13,919 nt of DNA, taken from positions 1 to 13,919 of the forward strand of contig NW_021827344.1 in NCBI RefSeq assembly GCF_006345805.1, read 5' to 3'. The DNA is from Octopus sinensis. Lineage: Eukaryota. The position numbers and the translations under genes are program-made. Under the pieces are notes generated by a model, which searched no databases, had not been told where the DNA came from, and worked only from the letters and a program-made list of their open reading frames with translations. Below are positions 8,417-13,919 of the stretch, piece by piece (position 1 is the stretch's first letter; the number at the start of each line of letters is the position of its first letter).

Positions 8417-11373
8417 GGCGCAGGAGTGGCTGTGTGGTAAGTAGCTTGCTTACCAACCACATGGTTCCGGGTTCAGTCCCACTGCGTGGCATCTTGGGCA
8501 AGTGTCTTCTACTATAGCCCCGGGCCGACCAAAGCCTTGTGAGTGGATTTGGTAGATGGAAACTGAAAGAAGCCCGTCGTATATATATATATATATGTAT
8601 ATATAGGCGCAGGAGTGGCTGTGTGGTATGTAGCTTGCTTACCAACCACATGGTTCCGGGTTCAATCCCACTGCGTGGCACCTTGGGCAAGTGTCTTCTA
8701 CTATAGCCCCGGGCCGACCAAAGCCTTGTGAGTGGATTTGGTAGATGGAAACTGAAAGAAGCCTGTCGTATATATATATAGGCGCAGGAGTGGCTGTGTG
8801 GTAAGTAGTGCTTACCAACCACATGTTCCGGGTTCAGTCCCACTGCGTGGCATCTTGGGCAAGTGTCTTCTACTATAGCCCCGGGCCGACCAAAGCCTTG
8901 TGAGTGGATTTGGTAGATGGAAACTGAAAGAAGCCTGTCGTATATATATATAGGCGCAGGAGTGGCTGTGTGGTAAGTAGCTTGCTACCAACCACATGGT
9001 TCCGGGTTCAGTCCCACTGCGTGGCATCTTGGGCAAGTGTCTTCTACTATAGCCCCGGGCCGACCAAAGCCTTGTGAGTGGATTTGGTAGATGGAAACTG
9101 AAAGAAGCCTGTCGTATATATATATAGGCGCAGGAGTGGCTGTGTGGTAAGTAGCTTGCTTACCAACCACATGGTTCCGGGTTCAGTCCCACTGCGTGGC
9201 ATCTTGGGCAAGTGTCTTCTGCTATAGCCTCGGGCCAACCAAAGCCTTGTGAGTGGATTTGGTAGATGGAAACTGAAGAGCCTGTCGTATATATATAGGC
9301 GCAGGAGTGGCTGTGTGGTAAGTAGCTTGTTTACCAACCACATGGTTCCGGGTTCAGTCCCACTGCGTGGCATCTTGGGCAAGTGTCTTCTGCTATAGCC
9401 TCGGGCCAACCAAAGCCTTGTGAGTGGATTTGGTTAGATGGAACTGAAAGAAGCCTGTCGTATATATATATAGGCGCAGGAGTGGCTGTGTGGTAAGTAG
9501 CTGTTTACCAACCACATGGTTCCGGTTCAGTCCCACTGCGTGGCATCTTGGGCAAGTGTCTTCTGCTATAGCCTCGGGCCAACCAAAGCCTTGTGAGTGG
9601 ATTTGGGAGATGGAAAACTGAACAGAAGCCTGTCGTTTATATATATAGAGGCGAGGAGTGGCTGTGTGGTAAGTAGCTTGTTTACCAACCACATGGTTCC
9701 GGGTTCAGTCCCACTGCGTGGCATCTTGGGCAAGTGTCTTCTGCTATAGCCTCGGGCCAACCAAAGCCTTGTGAGTGGATTTGGGAGATGGAAACTGAAA
9801 GAAGCCTGTCGTTTATATATATAGGCGCAGGAGTGGCTGTGTGGTAAGTAGCTTGCTTACCAACCACATGGTTCCGGGTTCAGTCCCACTGCGTGGCATC
9901 TTGGGCAAGTGTCTTCTGCTATAGCCTCGGGCCAACCAAAGCCTTGTGAGTGGATTTGGTAGATGGAAACTGAAAGAAGCCTGTCGTATATATATATAGG
10001 CGCAGGAGTGGCTGTGTGGTAAGTAGCTTGCTTACCAACCACATGGTTCCGGGTTCAGTCCCACTGCGTGGCATCTTGGGCAAGTGTCTTCTACTATAGC
10101 CCCGGGCCGACCAAAGCCTTGTGAGTGGATTTGGTAGATGGAAACTGAAAGAAGCCTGTCGTATATATATATAGGCGCAGGAGTGGCTGTGTGGTAAGTA
10201 GCTTGTTACCAACCACATGGTTCGGGTTCAGTCCCACTGCGTGGCATCTTGGGCAAGGTCTTCTACTATAGCCCCGGGCCGACCAAAGCCTTGTGAGTGG
10301 ATTTGGTAGATGGAAACTGAAAGAAGCCTGTCGTATATATATATAGGCGCAGGAGTGGCTGTGTGGTAAGTAGCTTGCTTACCAACCACATGGTTCCGGG
10401 TTCAGTCCCACTGCGTGGCATCTTGGGCAAGTGTCTTCTACTATAGCCCCGGGCCGACCAAAGCCTTGTGAGTGGATTTGGTAGATGGAAACTGAAAGAA
10501 GCCTGTCGTATATATATATAGGCGCAGGAGTGGCTGTGTGGTAAGTAGCTTGCTTACCAACCACATGGTTCCGGGTTCAGTCCCACTGCGTGGCATCTTG
10601 GGCAAGTGTCTTCTACTATAGCCCCGGGCCGACCAAAGCCTTGTGAGTGGATTTGGTAGATGGAAACTGAAAAGCCTGTCGTATATATATATAGGCGCAG
10701 GAGTGGCTGTGTGGTAAGTAGCTTGCTTACAACCACATGGTCGGGGGTTCGTCCCACTGCGTGGCATCTTGGGCAAGTGTCTTCTACTATAGCCCCGGGC
10801 CGACCAAAGCCTTGTGAGTGGATTTGGTAGATGGAAACTGAAAGAAGCCTGTCGTATATATATAGGCGCAGGAGTGGGGTGTGGTAAGTAGCTTGCTTAC
10901 CAACCACATGGTTCCGGGTTCAGTCCCACTGCGTGGCATCTTGGGCAAGTGTCTTCTACTATAGCCCCGGGCCGACCAAAGCCTTGTGAGTGGATTTGGT
11001 AGATGGAAACTGAAAGAAGCCTGTCGTATATATATATAGGCGCAGGAGTGGCTGTGTGGTAAGTAGCTTGCTTACCAACCACATGGTTCCGGGTTCAGTC
11101 CCACTGCGTGGCATCTTGGGCAAGTGTCTTCTACTATAGCCCCGGGCCGACCAAAGCCTTGTGAGTGGATTTGGTAGATGGAAACTGAAAGAAGCTGTCG
11201 TATAATATATAGGCGCAGGAGTTGCGTGTGTGGTAAGTAGCTTGCTTACCAACCACATGGTTCCGGGTTCAGTCCCACTGCGTGGCACCTGGGCTAGTGT
11301 CTTCTGCTATAGCCTCGGGCCAACCAAAGCCTTGTGAGTGGATTTGGTAGACGAAACTGAAAGAAGCCCGTCG

Positions 11374-11422
<49 letters not shown>

Positions 11423-11796
11423 ATATATTATGTATATATATAATATATATGCAGGAGTGGCTGTGGTGGTAAGTAGCTTGTTTACCAACCACATGGTTCC
11501 GGGTTCAGTCCCACCGCGTGCACCTTCGGCAAGTGTCTTCTACTATAGCCCCCCGGGCCGACCAAAGCCTTGTGAGTGGATTTGGTAGATGGAAACTGAA
11601 AGAAGCCTGTCGTATATATATATATATATATACATATATATGCAGGAGTGGCTGTGTGGTAGTAGCTTGCTTACCAACCACATGGTTCCGGGTTCAGTCC
11701 CACTGCGTGGCACCTTGGGCAGTGTCTTCTACTATAGCCCCGGGCCGACCAAAGCCTTGTGAGTGGATTTGGTAGATGGAAACTGAAAGAAGCCTG

Positions 11797-11830
<34 letters not shown>
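8417..11830 (+). repeat. Tandem array (satellite) of 19 tRNA-derived SINE 5' modules, unit ~172-175 bp, joined by (TA)n
   Basis: Unit GGCGCAGGAGTGGCTGTGTGGTAAG...GGTTCAGTCCC...CTTGGGCAAGTG...GAAAGAAGCCTGTCG(TA)n. Units start near 8417, 8606, 8781, 8953, 9127, 9298, 9473, 9650, 9824, 9999, 10174, 10346, 10521, 10694, 10865, 11039, 11212, 11451 and 11642. Each has an A-box-like TGGCTGTGTGG and a B-box-like GGTTCAGTCC. Confidence 0.93.
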
Positions 11831-11833
<3 letters not shown>

Positions 11834-12035
11834 CGTGTGTGTTTGTGTGTCATTGCTTGACAACCGATGCTGGTGTGTTTGTGTCCCCGTTACTTAGTGG
11901 TTCGGCAAAAGAGACCGATGGAATAAGTACTGGGCTTACAAAAGAATAAATCCTGGGGTCGAGTTGCTCGACTAAAAAAGGCGGTGCTCCAGCATGGCCG
12001 CAGTCAAATGACTGAAACAAGTAAAAGAGTAAATA
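11642..12035 (+). mobile_element. Full-length tRNA-derived SINE terminating the array (head + TA/TG tract + 3' body)
   Basis: The last array unit continues into the 3' body ...GCTTGACAACCGATGCTGG...GGCGGTGCTCCAGCATGGCCGCAGTCAAATGACTGAAACAAGTAAAAGAG, which is shared with the copies at 12263 and 4434. Confidence 0.85.
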
Positions 12036-12104
12036 AAAAAATAGAAACAAACAATCATGACTACAAGGGGAGACAACTGGGATGGTAGACGTAGACGTAA
12101 TAGA

Positions 12105-12248
12105 GGCACTGGTATGGTTGTGTGGTTAAGAATCTTGATTCTCGGGTCATGTGGTCTCAAGTTCAATCCTTCAGCACAATACCTTGGGCAAGTGTTTTTA
12201 CTATAGCCATGGTGAGTGGATTTGGTAGGCGGAAACTAAAACTGAAAC
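12105..12248 (+). mobile_element. Diverged, internally deleted SINE head of the same superfamily
   Basis: TGGTTGTGTGGTTAAG...AGTTCAATCC...ACCTTGGGCAAGTG...GTGAGTGGATTTGGTAGGCGGAAACT. Confidence 0.7.
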
Positions 12249-12262
12249 ATATATATATATAT

Positions 12263-12675
12263 AGGTGCAGGAGATGGCTGTGTGGTAAGTAGCTTGCTTA
12301 CCAACCACATGGTTCAGGGTTCACTCCCACTGCGTGGCATCTTGGGCAAGTGTCTTCTGCTATAGCCCCGGGCCGACCAATGCCTTGTGAGTGGATTTGG
12401 TAGACGGAAACTGAAAGAAGCCTGTCGTATATATGTATATATATATATATGTATGTGTTTGTGTGTCTGTGTTTGTCCCCCTAGCATTGCTTGACAACTG
12501 ATGCTGGTGTGTTTATGTCCCCGTTACTTAGCGGTTCGGCAAAAGAGACCAATAGAATAAGTACTGGGCTTACAAAGAATAAGTCCCGGGGTCTATTTGC
12601 TCGACTAAAGGCGGTGCTCCAGCATGGCCGCAGTCAAATGACTGAAACAAGTAAAAGAGTAAAAGAGTAAAAGAG
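12263..12675 (+). mobile_element. Full-length tRNA-derived SINE with a CORE-like CTTGGGCAAGT motif and (GTAAAAGA)n tail
   Basis: Pol III A/B-box head, internal (TA)/(TG) tract, 3' body and a tandem tail GTAAAAGA x3, with (TA)n on both sides. Confidence 0.87.
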
Positions 12676-12790
12676 TATATATATATATGTGTGTGTTTTC
12701 ATGTGTCTGTGTTTGGCCCCCCAACATCACTTGACAACCGCTGCTGGAAAGCGGATGTTAAACGATGACGATGACGATGATGATATATAT

Positions 12791-13072
12791 GTGGAGGCGC
12801 AATGGCCCAGTGGTTGTAGGATTGCGGTTTCGATTCCCAGACCGGGCATTGTGAGCGAAAACACATAAAAGCTCTACGAGGCTCCGTCAGGGGGTGGTGG
12901 TGATCCCTGCTGTACTCTTTCACCACTCTTTCTTTCACTCTTTCTTCTGTTGGCCTGCTCGCTTAGCCAGCAGGGTGGTGTCATTTGAAGGCTAAAACAA
13001 TGCAAAGCGCATTGTGACCAGCGATGTGGAGCAACATCCGATAGCCTGGTCGGTCACGGTGATCACGGTGTG
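12791..13072 (+). mobile_element. Second tRNA-derived SINE family member
   Basis: A-box TGGCCCAGTGG and B-box GGTTTCGATTCCC (short spacing, probably deleted), an unrelated body and a short tandem tail TCACGGTGA-TCACGGTG, sitting between (TA)n tracts. Confidence 0.65.
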
Positions 13073-13208
13073 ATATATATATATACGGTTTAAGTAATCG
13101 GGATTCAAGTGAGCTCTAATGAATTCACATGAATATGGTCCTTAACTAGGATGCACCGGAAATCTATATGGTGTTAACCATACGACAAGTGGGGTGATTA
13201 CAAATAAG

Positions 13209-13410
13209 GAAAAAAGCAACAAGAATAGATCAATATATCGGTACAATTGTTTCGTGCGAAGACGGCTTTATTAAGGCTGCAAATATTGCAGTAAATATAA
13301 GTGACCCGTACTCATCAGCCGAAAAAACATCTGAGTTCTCCAAACATCTAAGTGGGTGGTGTTACACACTTGAAACATTGGTGATATATTGATCCATTCT
13401 TGTTGCTTTT

Positions 13411-13413
<3 letters not shown>
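13209..13413. repeat. 31-bp inverted repeat (13209-13239 / 13383-13413) enclosing the hammerhead; probable inverted Penelope pseudo-LTR fragments
   Basis: gaaaaaagcaacaagaatagatcaatatatc versus the reverse complement of gatatattgatccattcttgttgcttttttc is 30/31 identical. The right arm is preceded by a degenerate GAAACATTG. Confidence 0.8.
13238..13322 (-). ncRNA. Type I hammerhead ribozyme motif (Penelope-like element associated)
   Basis: UCGG-CUGAUGA-GUACG[48 nt]CGCAC-GAAAC-AAUU-GUA^-CCGA. The core is complete, with a 4-bp stem I, a G-C closed stem II with one mismatch, a palindromic stem III ACAAUUGU and a GUA cleavage triplet. Confidence 0.75.
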
Positions 13414-13450
<37 letters not shown>

Positions 13451-13454
<4 letters not shown>

Positions 13455-13627
13455 ACAGTTCACCAAAACACAAAAGATGAAGACAGGGGTGTAGACAACA
13501 AACAGATGTATTAGTATAATGCTCAGAAAGTGAAGAAGTCTTTAATGTTTCGAGCCTATGCTCTTCTACAGAAAGAAATAAGGAGAGAAAATAAAGAATG
13601 TGTAATGGCTAGCAATCTATCATGGCA
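13451..13627 (-). mobile_element. Same dispersed repeat (copy 3), motif at 13539-13576
   Basis: atgtttcgagcctatgctcttctacagaaag...aaggagag...gaatgtgtaatggct, with (TA)n flanks. Confidence 0.6.
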
Positions 13628-13641
13628 TATATACACATATA

Positions 13642-13919
13642 CGACAGGCTTCTTTCAGTTTCCGTCAACCAAATCCACTCACAAGGCTTTGGTCGGCCCG
13701 AGGCTATAGTGGAAGACACTTGCCCAAAGTATCACACAGTGGGACTGAACCCGGAACCTTGTGGTTCGTAAGCAAGCTACTTACCACACAGCCACTCCTA
13801 TATATATATATTTATATATATATACGACGGGTTTCTTTCAGTTTCTGTCAACCAAATCCACTCACAAGGCTTTGGTCGGCCCGAGGCTATAGTAGAAGAC
13901 ACTTGCCTATGGTACCATG
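13642..13919 (-). mobile_element. Two tandem SINE 5' modules (13642-13799, 13825 to the window edge)
   Basis: Reverse complement of the array unit, with the two copies separated by (TA)n. Confidence 0.85.

Noticed and set aside
8417-11830. CRISPR-like array or tandem tRNA/snRNA gene cluster
   Set aside because: There are no unique spacers or cas genes, and the context is eukaryotic. The unit lacks a complete cloverleaf and terminator, and it matches the 5' half of dispersed SINE copies in the same window.
8397-12166. Family of repeated 60-150 aa ORFs (MVGKQATYHT..., MPRSGTEPGTMW...)
   Set aside because: They are translations of the SINE unit, open in several frames, broken by indels and intronic to TDG.
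12000-13919. Upstream TDG exons (GINPG and GHHY.GPGNHF motifs)
   Set aside because: I did not find them by eye on the minus strand; they presumably lie beyond the window.

Overview
Repeat-dense animal genomic DNA, not prokaryotic. The SINE, microsatellite and (GAT)n landscape looks to me like an octopus or other coleoid cephalopod; this is recognition from memory, not a database result. The only supportable protein-coding gene is the 3' half of a G/T-mismatch thymine DNA glycosylase (TDG/MUG family) on the minus strand. It has four GT-AG exons (8367-8235, 6059-5977, 5333-5257, 3236-2574) that splice in frame; the N-terminal exons lie beyond the right edge. The introns and flanks hold: (1) a ~3.4 kb head-to-tail array of 19 tRNA-SINE 5' modules (~175 bp) starting 49 bp from a splice acceptor, with oppositely oriented copies of the same SINE beyond the next exons; (2) a non-autonomous Helitron cluster of one inverted and four tandem copies; (3) Penelope-like fragments carrying hammerhead ribozyme motifs, namely one canonical type I motif in the TDG sense, one near-canonical motif in a long hairpin, and three copies of a variant-core minimal motif; (4) other SINE/LINE remnants and microsatellites. 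Almost all supplied ORFs are repeat-derived artefacts.
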